This document shows positions 39,078-53,224 of a DNA stretch of 64,000 bases, in pieces. The notes below the pieces were generated by a model. The model did no database searches and was not told the origin of the DNA. It saw only the letters and a program-made list of their open reading frames with translations. How positions within the stretch are numbered: position 1 is the stretch's first letter; each line of letters opens with the position of its first letter. The position numbers were made by a program, and so were the translations under genes. Origin of the DNA: Trichoplax adhaerens (lineage: Eukaryota > Animalia > Placozoa); the NCBI RefSeq assembly GCF_000150275.1, contig NW_002060950.1, positions 2,344,106 through 2,408,105 on the forward strand, written 5' to 3'.

Positions 39078-42000
39078 GATAGTCCATTTTAATATCGTAG
39101 ATCAATCAAATTTGAATAAATACGCTTCAAATGAATTTATAACTAAGTACGGCTGATAATTAATCAGTATCACCTTTCAATGTTTTCTATTAGAATTTTT
39201 ATTTTCTGACTTTATCTACGTAACTTATTGATCTTAACTAATATTTTGTTATTTTTGTACTTTCATTGAAAGCAAAATTCTATTACGATTGTATTTGATG
39301 CTATAATAGCGGCTATAGCAAACAATGATGGAAATTTTGACTAGAATATATTTCCCCTTAGAATGAGCTATACATTCATCAATGAAGTACAGAGTACTAG
39401 CATAAAAACCGTTGTCTTCATATTACACAGTATGACGCATAATTCATATCGGAAAATTTATAGTATATGCATAGGACATTTATGATCTACTTTCAAGCAA
39501 TATCGTTATTGGGCTATTGTGAGTTAAGCCTAGCAAAATTGGACTCGGTTACTCCTTGATATGAAAATGACCTGTAAATTATTTTATTTATTTTAAATCA
39601 CTTGATATTGTCTTTATTGACTCATATATACGAAAAATTAATTTATATAAGACGAAGAAAATAGCCCAGCCCTAATTAATTTCTATTAAATAGGTGTGAA
39701 TGTCGCAATACACGGTAACTTACTTAAAAATATAAGCGATAGTAATGCTGATTCAAGTTGGATGCGAATTAATATATTTTTGGGTGTTTATCATGTATGC
39801 TAAAAATATAGTACCAATTTTATTCTTGAGGCAGCGGAAGTTACTATTATGTAATTTTTATTGATTATATTTAGAATGGTTTTATTTTATTCTTCATTAA
39901 TTACATAGAATAGTATTACCATAAAAATAACAACAACACATAAACTAAAGTACATGGTCCATGTTATAGGTTTTACTGTGTTCATAAACAAAATTTAACT
40001 TTTACTGAAAGTGCAATAATGAATTTAAAAACTATAAACAAATTACTGGAAAATCTAAGCCGATAATCCCGAATTGTAAGCCATCTTCGCTTTTATACTA
40101 CTGCACCCATAAATATAATAGAAATTTTAGAGTATTAATTTTGTTTTAAATAAATAAATTACCTGAAATATTTTTAAATCGGCTGCCAAAAATTGTTTTC
40201 ACAAAAAAATACAATATTATACAAAAATAAAAAAAACGGTGGTAGGTTAATAGGTTAATGCAAAACTTATTAGCTATTATTATATGCACAAAAAAATATC
40301 AAAATTGTCATTTTGAAGTTTAGTATTCAAAAATTCTTCAAGTACATCGATTTAGAATTAATATTAATTAAAAGTGGCATGTAGATTAAAATAAATAAAT
40401 AATGGAAAATAGAAATTTACTCAACCCCAACTGAAATTAACATGGCAAAAATGGGCCAGCACCTTCAAAATATGCAAGCATGAAATATTGTCAAATAGTA
40501 GATGGCGTCGGTAGTAGATTCACATTTTGATTATAAACGAATAAATTGCTTTATTAGTATGAAAGACTAGGTAATCGAGATCAACTGCGGTATATATTAG
40601 CATCATTTGCGGAAGAATCGCATTGCTTATAATTTTAATTCCAGTTATTGTTAATGCATAGCTGAGGTAAAGCGATATGAAATTGTTTATCAGATTGATA
40701 AAATTCTGAGAAAGCAAAATCAGAATTTGTCCATGAAGTGAGGCTACGTGATTTAATAGTAAATATTAATCATTTATTCTACGGATGTTATAAATGGTAG
40801 ATTCTGATAAAATAAATTAAAAGATTTACAATAATTGAGGTTCGCTCGATTGATTGTTAAAATTAAATACAAGATAGGCATTATTAGATATATATGTAAA
40901 GTCTTGAAAAATTTAATTTTTACTAGGATGCGGTAATATTGTCCTATATCGTATCTGCTACATGAAATATTTGATTAGCCGATTATCTGCATTTTACTAT
41001 GGAAACAAAGATAATAATAATCGTAAGTTTATAAAGGTGGTACTACGTACTATACTTTATGACGGCTCAGTTAATGAATTATTAAGTTGAACTATTCGTT
41101 ACTTGCCCTTCTGATATGTACAACAATGTAGAAGTCGAGCCAGTACAGCTGCATACAAACTACAGATAATACCGTAAAATTTGAAAATACGAGCATAACA
41201 TCTTTGTAAACTTACAGGAGATTAAATGCTTAATCTAGGGATGATTAGTTCCAGGGATGAAATAAATTTAAAGCATTATTGTTAGCTAGTATAACATTAA
41301 ACGTTAATGGAATTAATGAAAGTTATTGATTTCAAATTTTTCGTTAGAGCAGCAAAACTAGCTTAAATTTAATTGGCGGTTATCAATTGATTTCTTTTCA
41401 TTCTTAACCGAAAAGAATCGCTTCAATTCTTTTAGAAACCATTGAAAAGTTTAATTTCTTTTCATTGCTATTGTGATTTAATGTTGACAATCCAATATCC
41501 AATTCTAGATGAATAAATAGAATTATATGATCTAATTAGAAAAGATAATTAGTATGATATGCGTGTTCAATCTTTACATACGTATAATTCTACATCAAAT
41601 TAATTATTTAAAATCGATTCTTCTTAGTATTGCAGAATATTAATGCTGATCAAGATCCGGGATAAGTTGCATCTACTAGCTTCCAACAATAGATACGTAG
41701 TAATATTTATATTTATTTCCTCAACAACTATTGTTGCAGAGGGAGCTCAGCGTTCGTAAAGTAATTTAAATCATAACCTAGGCTATTGTAATAATCGCAG
41801 AATTTATTTTTTGGCTGAAATTCTCGAAATAACGGATGAGTATAGAACAACTTTCGTTTGCTAAATATCCAAACAACATGGATAATTAATATCCTATAAA
41901 GTTCACTATTCTTTCAGATTTAGCATCCACAAATATTAATAGAAAATTCTCATTTTTCACATACTATACACATGTAAATGATACCATTGCAAAAATAAAT

Positions 42001-42902
42001 GATTCATCAAATCTCTCTAGCCTTAGATCTGTTTTTAAAAGTGAAATTATTGGTCATTTGCCACTAGGTCACCTAGTATTTTAACATGTATAATATCCTT
42101 TTAGCTTCGTAGCCTAACCAACATAAATTAGTAATTTTAGAAAATGCCGTATTTGGAAATACATACTTTGATATACAGATGGTAGCATATAGTGTCGGTC
42201 GAGTCAGTGTTGATATTATAGATAGAAATAAATATGCAGCATTTTCTGCATCAAATTTTAATGATCTGCCACAATCTATGCTACTAGTTATAGTTATATG
42301 TACATGCATGTAAAATAACTCAGTATTGGATTGTAGATTATTAGTCATATTTATTATGATATACGGTAGCATAGCTTTCTATATTTATTATAAGACATTT
42401 AGTTGCTTATAGCCATAGATTGTAATTGAACGTTATATGTTAAATACAAGCAACCATATATAGAAGGATGTTAAGTCTTTTGTTGATACTCAAAGTAAAA
42501 ATAGATATGTAACTGATATATTAGGACATAGCTAATTCTTCAAGCTTGGCTAGTAGAAACAAGGTCTACGTAAATACCACAGATGTTACCGCAAGGGGTT
42601 ATCCTTGATCTAGTGTTAAACGTGGCTACTAGTAATAATCTGAATATTTATAAAATTAGGTACAATAATGTTATACATATTATACCTGCAAATGTTATGA
42701 AAAGTATACATACACAAGTAGGCAACTTTAGGTTACTCTAGGAGTTCTTTCTACAAAGCTTTCTAGTAGCTACACTAGGCTAAAGCCGAATATATCAGAA
42801 AAAATCAACTTCTATTATATAGCGTTACTTGACTTTTTGCAAAGGTAATCAGTCACGAAATTGATAGATATTAAAGCTTTAACAAATTTTGAAAATCGTA
42901 GT

Positions 42903-43069
42903 TGTCACAAAACAGCTTTGCAACAAGATAACGTAATGTACGATCAACAAGTCAATTCCTTGAACCAGGTATCAAGGAACGATATCTGCACTATCAGAAA
43001 CACTTTTGCTCTACTAGCAGACTACACAAAGACTTAGACACCTCGTATTTTACGTTTAAACATTAAGTT
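42903..43069 (+). repeat. ~166 bp repeat, left member of an inverted pair
   Basis: TGTCACAAAACAGCTTTGCAACAAGATAACG...TTCCTTGAACCAGGTATCAAGGAA...CTACTAGCAGACTACACAAAGACTTA...CCTCGTATTTTACGTT matches the reverse complement of 53059-53224. Confidence 0.93.
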
Positions 43070-46000
43070 TAAGAATCCTCTTTATTACACGATATACTGC
43101 ATTTATATACTCTTCCCTAATAGTTCATGAGTCATAGTTAGTACGATTAACTTTGGAATCATTCACTAAATTAGATATTAATTTTAGCTACTGCTCCCTT
43201 AATGCAGACAACAGTATTTACGAACATAGACATCTAATGACTAATACAGAATAGTCAGATTATGATATATCCTATCACGGAACATTTCCACGATAATTTA
43301 CAATCTACTATAAGTAAGTTACAATCACAATGATTCGAACTGTAAGTAGATGATTTGCATTCCCTATTATAACTATTAATTTAGTATGTGTTTATGTGTC
43401 ACTGCCATAAAAATTCAGTGCTATATTAAAACACAGTATATCCAAATTAGAAGTTAACTAATTAAGGGTAGGCTAACAAAATTATCCTAACATAGATATT
43501 CCTACTCTAATACAGTATGTAACACTGTCACAGTAGTAAAATAAAACTTTATAATCTGCTAAATTGACTGTAGCTGTAAAAACTTTTGTATTCCTTTTAT
43601 GTTATTTTTCTATTTTTTTGAGATACAAGGATATATTAAGTGCGAATGAGTTCTCCCTATCCTTCATCTTGATAATAATTCTATAAAATTCTATCTCAAT
43701 TTGATCACCGTTTAAATAATGCATACGCCTTTATGAAAACAAAAATTAATGTAAAAGTTAAGATATTAAATTAATTGTCGTTAGATCGGTATTTTAATAC
43801 CAAGAAATAAAAAAAACGAATACAATACGAATTCAATATTATTACGGAATTATTTCTACCTTAGATTGGTATGAGTGCATAAAATAGTTTTACAATAATT
43901 TACTTATTAACAGATATACCTATAGTGGAAGTACTAGTAGAAAGAAATGATTGAAATGAGAACTAGTCAGTATCTTCTATAGCTATTGCTGTAAAGACGT
44001 CTTCAAGTCAATCTTTAAAGTACTTTTGATTTCAATTATGGGTTTTGATGTAATAGTAAGTAACCTTGAAAAATTCTTAAATTAAATCAAAGCTTCAATA
44101 AACTTTATTAACGTCGTTATCAATCCTGATAATAGAGATACTATAACATTTAACAAGTACATACTATTATTTTCTGATAGTATCAATTATATCTTGATCT
44201 TACTAATTTTATCTCCATTCTAATATTTAAAATGTCAATTTCTAATCCATATATCCCCGATGATTTAAAATATACTTCTAAGAATTAAAAATTTGTTTTA
44301 ACCTTTTGCAAAACTTTCCAGAGAATAGCAAGTATTCACTTGTTTATTGGCTTGCGCACACATTGAGGTTTCTCAAAACGCCATTCAGATACAAAATATT
44401 GCATTAGGTGTTGCACAAATAGATGTTCGCTTATATTCTCTAAATTAAAATAATATTGTATTACTTCATTATGAAACTGGTAAATATGATTTATAATTTG
44501 ATTTAATGTACCAATATTACATCAAATTATTTTGCTATTTTTTCGAGAACATCTTATTTAGGGTAGCTATGGAGCTGTAAAAATAATCGACAGTGACTAC
44601 AGTAATAGGCACATATTTTGATCATTCATACGAGGAAAGCTTAAGATCAAAATTTAATGTTGCAATATGGTTAAAAAGAATGATCACGATTACTATGGAC
44701 TTTCCCGCTACAACGAGACACTGGTATTTCACGCTCTATGATTAGAAAAATATCATAGAAGCCTTCTACTATAATTTGAATGCATTGTTCTGTGCATAAC
44801 CTCGAGTTTATGACGTAAATCTTACATGAAATGCTCTACACTATCTTTGATATAGATTAATAATTGATTTATAATGAGCAAATTTAAGATTATTACACCA
44901 AAGATCAATTGTAGTTAGTATAAACTGTTTTAATTAATCTCATAGATTCGAAGAAATAACACATTTATAACATAAGAGGTGATTGATAGAAAATTATTCA
45001 TAATTGATGACATAGCAAATATACTAGAATTTTTGAATGATGATGAAGTCATCAAAGAACTTTTTTCAAAGTTTTTAACTGCATTTTATTTCTTCTTAAG
45101 ATTTAAAGTTTGTATAATTATTTTTATCTTTGAAACTATGAATGGAATGAATATTTTTTTATTTATCTCAGAGAGAAATACCTGCACTTGTCTTAAATTA
45201 TATTATATTAGAAGAACACCTGGTGCATTTGTTATATTAAATACCGGCTATTGAGCTTAATTACAGTCATAGTACACAACTGATGATATTCCTTGTGATC
45301 ATGATAGCCCATTCATTCCCTTAAAAGCTGTATTAAACCACAAATTGGAATTTAAATGACTTCGTGAAATCGAAACCTAAGCCACATTTGAACGGATGCT
45401 CTATCATCACCCACGCTTTAATTCTCACTTCTGTCTATTCAATTAACTTTTTATTCATTAAGGCTCAAGTAGATTGTATTACCGGACCAAATCTCTTTAG
45501 AAATAAATAGGTATTGCCTTGGTTTAAGTCAAAAACGATTCAGCAACAATACTTAACGTAGAAATGGATATTTTACGCAAGCGGGATGATGATATACAGA
45601 ACTGCAGTTAATAATAAATTATTTACGTGAATAGAATAAAATTTAAATTTATTATCTGATATCAGAGTAGATTTGCTTAGCAGCTTTGCTATGTTATTCT
45701 TCGATCCATGAATCTTTCTACAACTGCCAATTAAGCCTATTTATTCAAAAATATGAAAACTTCGAGACTAAGTTTTGTATGACTTGCACTCGAGTATAAA
45801 TATCTTCCTCGCACATTTTACGGATTGTCTTACGAATTGCTAGCAGCCGCTACTACTATTTACTATACACAATAGTTTTTTTTGTTACTATTCTTGTAGT
45901 ATTCCTTTTTCTGTTCCTTACATTACTTCCTTACCTCACTATAGCTATCAAATTAATGAAAAATTCGAACAAGACAAACAATAGCCTTAAATTTATTTCA

Positions 46001-49000
46001 GGTATATTTCTACATTCATGATTGTTAAAAGCACTTTTGTAACATAGAAACTGCTTCCAACGGCAATTAAATACAGACGCCAGTCTTCACTAAAAGATTA
46101 AAACTAAACCTCTTCATGTTATAAAAAGTAGCTCGCGTTTATATCTTCTTTTTATTTACGAGCTGCTATAGTATATGTATACGAGTTAATGGAGTTAATA
46201 CTGATAAACAATATCAGCTATCGTGTATTCTTCGATCGAAATTAGCCTAACTTTAAGCTCTACTTTAAATAGGTTAGAGCACGAATGTAGCATGACATTA
46301 ACCATGATCAGAGCACGATCTAACCTTTGAGTTCTCTTCTAAATTAGGTATCTAATTAACTATTAACAATCTACACATACCTGTATAGCATAACTAGTCA
46401 TAATACGAGTACCATGACAATGATACCTTATTACGATATTAATAATGATTTCAGAACAATTTTAATGTAGAACTCACTTTGAAAGAACTTATTTTGATTA
46501 AGCAATATTGACTTTCAATGAAATATGCGTATTTAGATGATGAGATTATTAATTTAGAGAAATTATTTCTTAAAATTCTGTTTTGCTAACAGAAATAGTT
46601 TTATTACGTATCAGTAGTATGATAGCTGGTAGCATAATAAATACTTCTTTTCTTTAACATTAGTCGTTATGATATAACTAGTCGTAACATCTACAGTATC
46701 TAAACGGTTCGTTTTTTTATACTTTTGACGTTACTCAAAAGCAAAAAGCTTATGCAACAAAGCATAATTCAGCCAATATCTTAAAATCGTTAATTATTGA
46801 TATCTCTTGTTAACAAAAGTTACATAAATTCAATAGCAATGATCTGATCCTAAAAGCTGGCTTAATTACATAATGAACATAAAGTTCTTTATGCAAAACT
46901 TTGAATTTATATACCTGCATGTGCATTAAAAGATTTTATCTTTATTTTCTTTATAGCCAGTATAGTTACTTAAATTAATTATCTATAAAATTACTGTTAA
47001 ATCGTTTTTAGCCTAAAAACTAGGCGTTGCCAGATTATATTTTCGAATAGCCATTTATCTTGAAAATGAAAATGAAAATGAAATTTATTCGGGGCGTTAA
47101 ACTATATTTCAATTTCCATTCATTTTTTTGGTTACTATTATAACTCAAGAAGTCTATCTTAATGATAAGTATTGTAAGCAAGTTTAATACATGCATCGCT
47201 TGGATAATCTTTAATAAATAAGTCAATAGAAGAAATACTGGCGGCAGGCCACGCTTCATTTTGCATAGCTAATTCTTTTAGGTAATAACTAAAATATAGA
47301 GGTTTTTTATGATAATTTGAAAAAGATTCCTTTACAGCAAGCGGTAAGTGATTATTGATCGCCTTTAATATATTATTGTATCTGATGAAACAAAGATGTT
47401 TTCTAGCCAGTTAATATAATGATATGATGAATTCTTAAGGTATTTATATTTTACATTTCTAAATCACTACCATATGAATTATAAATGTCTGGTTTGGCAG
47501 CAGATGTGAGATCTTATTATCATACTTCCCTGATTATTCATCAAATAGAAATATTGCTATGGTTTTTAATTGAGATTTATTCAGTTCTTGAATTAAGAAA
47601 CTGCCCTCATTAATGTCAATCTTACTTGATCGTGTAAAAATTTTATTGGCTGTTAATTAAAAAATATTATCACTATATAAATTTTTCGAAGCGAACTCTT
47701 TAACGTTGTAAAATGACTTTCAACAAGCCACTTTAAGGAAACTGCGAATTTGTAAAGTTAGCATGAGTATAATTTAAGCTTAAAGTATTTTATGAAATCA
47801 TAGATTTTTCGTGAATATCAAAATAAAAATACCATGATTTTAATTTTTAAAGTCAGGCTGAGAATTCCTTCATGTCAATATATATAGAATAGCAGATCTT
47901 TCAGCATTGGATAACTTAACAAATAGTTTGCTAATCAATAGCCAAATGCAAAGCAATGTTATAAACAAGGAATTATTGAATGAAAGAAAATTAAAGTTTA
48001 AAATAATAGTCTGTCTAGCTCCGGAGAACTTGCTTTAGTAATAGAATACCACACTTCCAATTTCAAATATTATTCCCAGTCAATAAGCAAACAACAGTAT
48101 CTATACCTAACTGATTACTTTGTACTTATGCTGCTATTATTCGCTTCATCGATTTCTTTTCTTTGTTTCCTTTTCTGTATGATGCGTTTTATTCGTATTC
48201 ATGCTATTATTGCCGCCTATCGTTTCTTAAACTCATTACAGCTTTTATTTACAGCTGCAAATCTTAGACTCCAATATTATCAAAGATTATTGTAACACTT
48301 CCGCTCCAGATTCTGAAGGACAGCCCTTAAGTCTTATTTATCGTATTTAATTAAAAGGGTTATTAAAACCTAAAATGTGGATCTTATAATATCAAATCTT
48401 TATTGACCTCTACTTTAGCTTCGGCATTATTTAGATTGCGATCTCATTGAGTGGATTAACCCAGAATGTCGAAATAAATCAAAACAAATCTATTTTAAGA
48501 ATAGCATCAGAGTGTAGTATAACTTTACTACCTATCGCTAACTTTCATCTCTTACCTTCAACATGCACTCGGAACTTATATAACAGTAACTGAAGTAACG
48601 TCTGAATAATCACAATATGTTATCCAAGTGATTACTGCAGTAAATACTAGGTCTTAAATAATTCCTTATTCTATTATTTTCCTAAATGTGAAATTGAGGT
48701 CCCTTCTCGAACAACAGAATACTGCCTATTCAGAATTCATTTACAAGGATTACGTCAAAAGTAAATATTGCTGTCGAGCTGTGTCAATTATGAAATTTTA
48801 TAAGAACACATTTTAAGCAAGGTAATACTCTCATCGATAACTTATCAATGCCTGCATATAACTCTATTACTCAATCTGTAGCACGTAAAATTAATTAAAA
48901 ACAGACTTAGGGATTAGAATAATAACTTTATTCTAAATACTAAATGTCTGAGCACTTTTGTATTGATAATTATAAGGATTCGCAAAGAAAGTAACCGATT

Positions 49001-52000
49001 AAGACATCTTGCATTTATTAAAATTACTATATTTATTATATCATTCCTCTGTTGATCTAAACGAAATAATTGCACTCTGAAGCTGAGAAATTCCTGATTA
49101 AAAAGCGCATTTATATAGGCATATTTTATATTTAATTGTAACATCACGAATTTATATCTACCAACTGGTATAAAGCTATATACTCCTCAATTTCTTTACT
49201 GTTTCCTATTTGATGACTGATGTTCCAGTAATTAAGCATATTCATTGCCATTAGACGGTTTTAAATAATAAAATCACTTTAGACGTTAGCTTAGCATACC
49301 AAAATTCTATATTAGAAATGATACCATTTTCCAGTGGATGATATAACATTAGTAATCATTTCAACTCCTGCATTTCAAATTTGACAAGAATATAAAAGCA
49401 GAAAATTTTATAATCTATAATCAAATATTAGATTAAGCGAATAACGACCTAATTAATTAGGAATTGACATAACCTTTACAATATTTTAATTTGGCAGTAG
49501 CAACAATTTCAAAACCCAGAAAATAATCCACTAGTCTCTGTTATCTAATCAAACTCCGGCTGTCTGTCTTACATTTATACATTGTCAGCTAATGCTGTTC
49601 TAGCAATTAAGCAATTATTGCCTTTGCTCTCCTGATTATCATATTTTAGGTCGGCCATATTTAAGGATACTTTCGGGTCATAATAATTACCGCACTACGT
49701 TTAAACTATACAATGCACGGTATCAACTTGGCATCTGTTATAGTCCATAGGGTTTAGGAACTTCAGTATAAGTATCGGGGCGTCTAATGTAATAAACTAT
49801 TCACCAATACAGTAATCCCTAGAAGTGCAAGTTAACAAACATGCAAGATTTCCGAAACCGATTAAAATAAGTAAATTTACTTTGATAGAAATGCTCTCTA
49901 TCCTGATCTAAAGATCATCAATAGTATAAGAGTAGGCTACGACAACTTCAGCTATTATCGAAACTAGTTACTTGGTGCAGTATACTCTCAATCTTGCAAA
50001 AGTGAAATAGATGTAATGCGGTGTATCAATTAAGCAAGTTAAGGTAATTGATTTACGGAATAGAATTAATAAAGGGTGTATATGCCTTTATTAGCTATCT
50101 CGTTATATCAAAGTTGCTGTGGTTAGGGATATTTGTGACAAATTTACAGTAATAAATAACCGAAGAGCAAGCGTGAGGCAATTCCTGCATAAATTGTTGT
50201 ACACGTTAATGAATCATAAATATATTTACTTTTAAAAGCCGACCAAGAATACGCCAAAGTGCGAAATAACAAGAAATGCCACAACAGCTGCTTCTAGCAA
50301 ATCAGCTTAAAAAATTAGTGATACTTTCGCGTTAGCTTAATAAACTTTGCATTATCTAACTGCCACTCATTATCATTGACAATATAATTTCGAACCTATT
50401 GCTGTATACTCCACGTTGTGCAGTAGATTCTTTTAGCTAATAAACGCAAAAAATTAACATAACGATAGAAGAAATAAGAGTATTACTACAATTTTATAAA
50501 ATTACAACAAACTATGCTGTTCGTGATAATCAGAATATTGATTTTTCGAGTATGAATGATAGAATACGAACAAAATTTTGTGCGTTTATAAGCGTTCAGA
50601 ATTCTCTAGAATATTTATTGCGTAAAATATGTCGAAACAGTATTAATGAAATCTACACTATTCTATGAGATAGATACACGAATATGTGTAAGTCATATAG
50701 ATAATGTATAAAGTCCGAATAAAGTAATGCCTCTTATTGACATGCTCATCTCCTTACTTATCTCTCTATTTCGAGCTCCTATCACAGAACTAAGGTAATA
50801 TTCGTACATTGATATGTAAAATATGCTTTTCATTAATATTTTTCCAGTATTCAATGGTACTTCTTGTCTGTTTAATTCAAATCTGTCAATACCCTAGGAT
50901 AAGCAATTTTTTTGTTACACAGTATTAGCGTTGAATGAAGCAAAGTTTATACTCGCGCGATAGCATATTTCGTAGAAGTAAGCCTTTAAATTTATGATTA
51001 TTATAAATTCATGATTGGCGCTATTTTTGAACTGGGAGATGCACGAAAGAATTAAAAAGAAAAGATTGCTGTCGTAAGATAAAGATAGTTAATAGCCATA
51101 GGCGAAATGGCATAACTAAACACATTATCTGAAATATAGCGACGGAAAAATTCGGCCTTTGCAAAGTTAAAAGCCAGTAACTCAGTTTCAGCTAGGTAAT
51201 TGCTAGTTCCTTAATGACATATATCATTAAATTACAAGTAGTATTGCAATTAATGATGTAGATGTGTTGTATTTTCAGTACATTGTAACTTGTTTAGAGC
51301 AGTTATTTTAGGTATTTCAGCTAGCTACATCGAATCAAACCTTCGTGATTTATAAATCACTAATAAATTCATCTTTATTTAGCCCTAACCTCCTTGCCCT
51401 AATATTTTTTACGATCATAATTGAATGAAATCTTTATACTCAACACTAAGAATTATATTTCCAGTTTACCCAGATATATACTCGCATATAAAACTTGTAA
51501 TCTTTGCGAGCGAGATCATATTGATACGCGTATCATACAGCTATGTATAATTCTACTTTTCAGGAATCGTCTTTTCATGCTATTATTACGCTAATAATGT
51601 TACTTTATATAGACTATGCATGATTTGAAGGTCATTTTGGTAATTGCAGCACCTAATTTACTGATTATTTGCTATTTCGTGTGTCCAGCAAGTGTATCAG
51701 ATGTTGATTCATTCCTATTCTACATGTGCAGATGGATTTCAAACTCTTTATGATCGTTTTACCACAAACATCTATATCTAGCTCGAGGGTATTTAGTTCG
51801 TTTCGATTTAATTCCATTTAATGAAATATTTTAATAATACACAGGCATAAAGTAAAGTATTTTGAAATCGAAGTAACAGATCATCATGGTAATATTTTTA
51901 CAGGTAACAAATCAATACCATTACGGAATTATGGTGTACTAGCAACAAAATTTAAAAGTAGAATAATGCAGATCAAGGTTTGGGAGTTGAGCAATCTTCT

Positions 52001-53058
52001 CTTTTGCTACTCAATCAATTACATTCGGGCGTTTAGCTAGCTAAAAATCTTTCCTTCCTTCAAGAGCCAATAGAGGTTCTTTTGCTTGAGAGTTGAGTGA
52101 TCTCGTCACGACGGCCAATTTACGTCTAATCTTCGAATAACTCGCCTCAAATCTCTTACCACTAGGGGTTACAGGTGAATAGATTTCCTTGACTTTATCT
52201 CCTTAGTAGGAGATGTCCTTTGCTTTTTCAGGAAACATCTTCGTGCTGTAATGACTCAGAATCTGCTTATCTTGCCGACACCTTCGAGTTGCCTGCGTAC
52301 TCCTTTCTGATGTCACAGTCAAAGCCTTTGTTGAGCTAAGCGATTTTTATGAGATTGTCCTTAAATTTCGCCGACTTCTCATTCAGACCTAAAAAGATAA
52401 AATTTCTTTCTGCTTGCTGTCGATCGAGGTAATTGAGATTGATGTTTGAAATGCATGATCCTCTTTAATTTTTTGTTGCTAATTATTGTAGAGTCTCTAC
52501 ATAATAAAACACACGCTCTGATATTTTGCTTATGCAGTGTTGAAGAAGGAGGGTACGTAGTAATTAGAATTGCTTTAGTTTAGTGAATGCCTGTGTTACA
52601 GTGTTATATACTGTATTACAGTAGAAATATCAATGTTAGGATAATTCTATTAGACTATCCTTATTTAGTTAACTTCTAATTTGGATATACTGTATTTTAA
52701 TATAGCACTGACTTTTTATGACAGTGACACTTATACACATACTGAAATTAATAGTTATAATAGGGAATGCAAATCATCTGCTTACAGTTCGAATCATTGT
52801 GATTGTAATTTACTTATGGTAGACTGTAAATTATCATGGAAATGTTCCGTGATAGGACATATCGTAATCTGACTATTCTGTATTAGTCATTATATGTCTA
52901 TGTTCGTAAATACTGTTGTCTGCATTAAGGGAGCAGTAGCTAAAATTAATATCTAATTCAGTAAATGATTCTAATGTTAATTGTATTAACTATAACTCAT
53001 GAACTATTGAGGAATAGTATATAAATGCAGTATATCTTGAAATAAAGAAGAATTGTCC

Positions 53059-53224
53059 AACTTAGTGTTTAACGTAAAATACGAGGCGTTTAAGTCTTTG
53101 TGTAGTCTGCTAGTAGAGCAAAAGTGTTTGTGATAGTACAGATATCGTTCCTTGATACGTGGTTCAAGGAATTGACTTATTGATCGTATATTGCGTTATC
53201 TTGTTGCAAAGCTGTTTTGTGACA
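53059..53224 (-). repeat. ~166 bp repeat, right (inverted) member of the pair
   Basis: AACTTAGTGTTTAACGTAAAATACGAGG...GCAAAGCTGTTTTGTGACA is the reverse complement of 42903-43069 with scattered substitutions. Confidence 0.93.

Noticed and set aside
40520-49147. ORFs 40520-40717, 42073-42372, 44979-45254, 47035-47259, 48914-49147 (also 11764-12015, 32688-32915, 52681-52872)
   Set aside because: I/L/F/K/N/Y-rich translations typical of random AT-rich DNA, with no motifs or splice partners.
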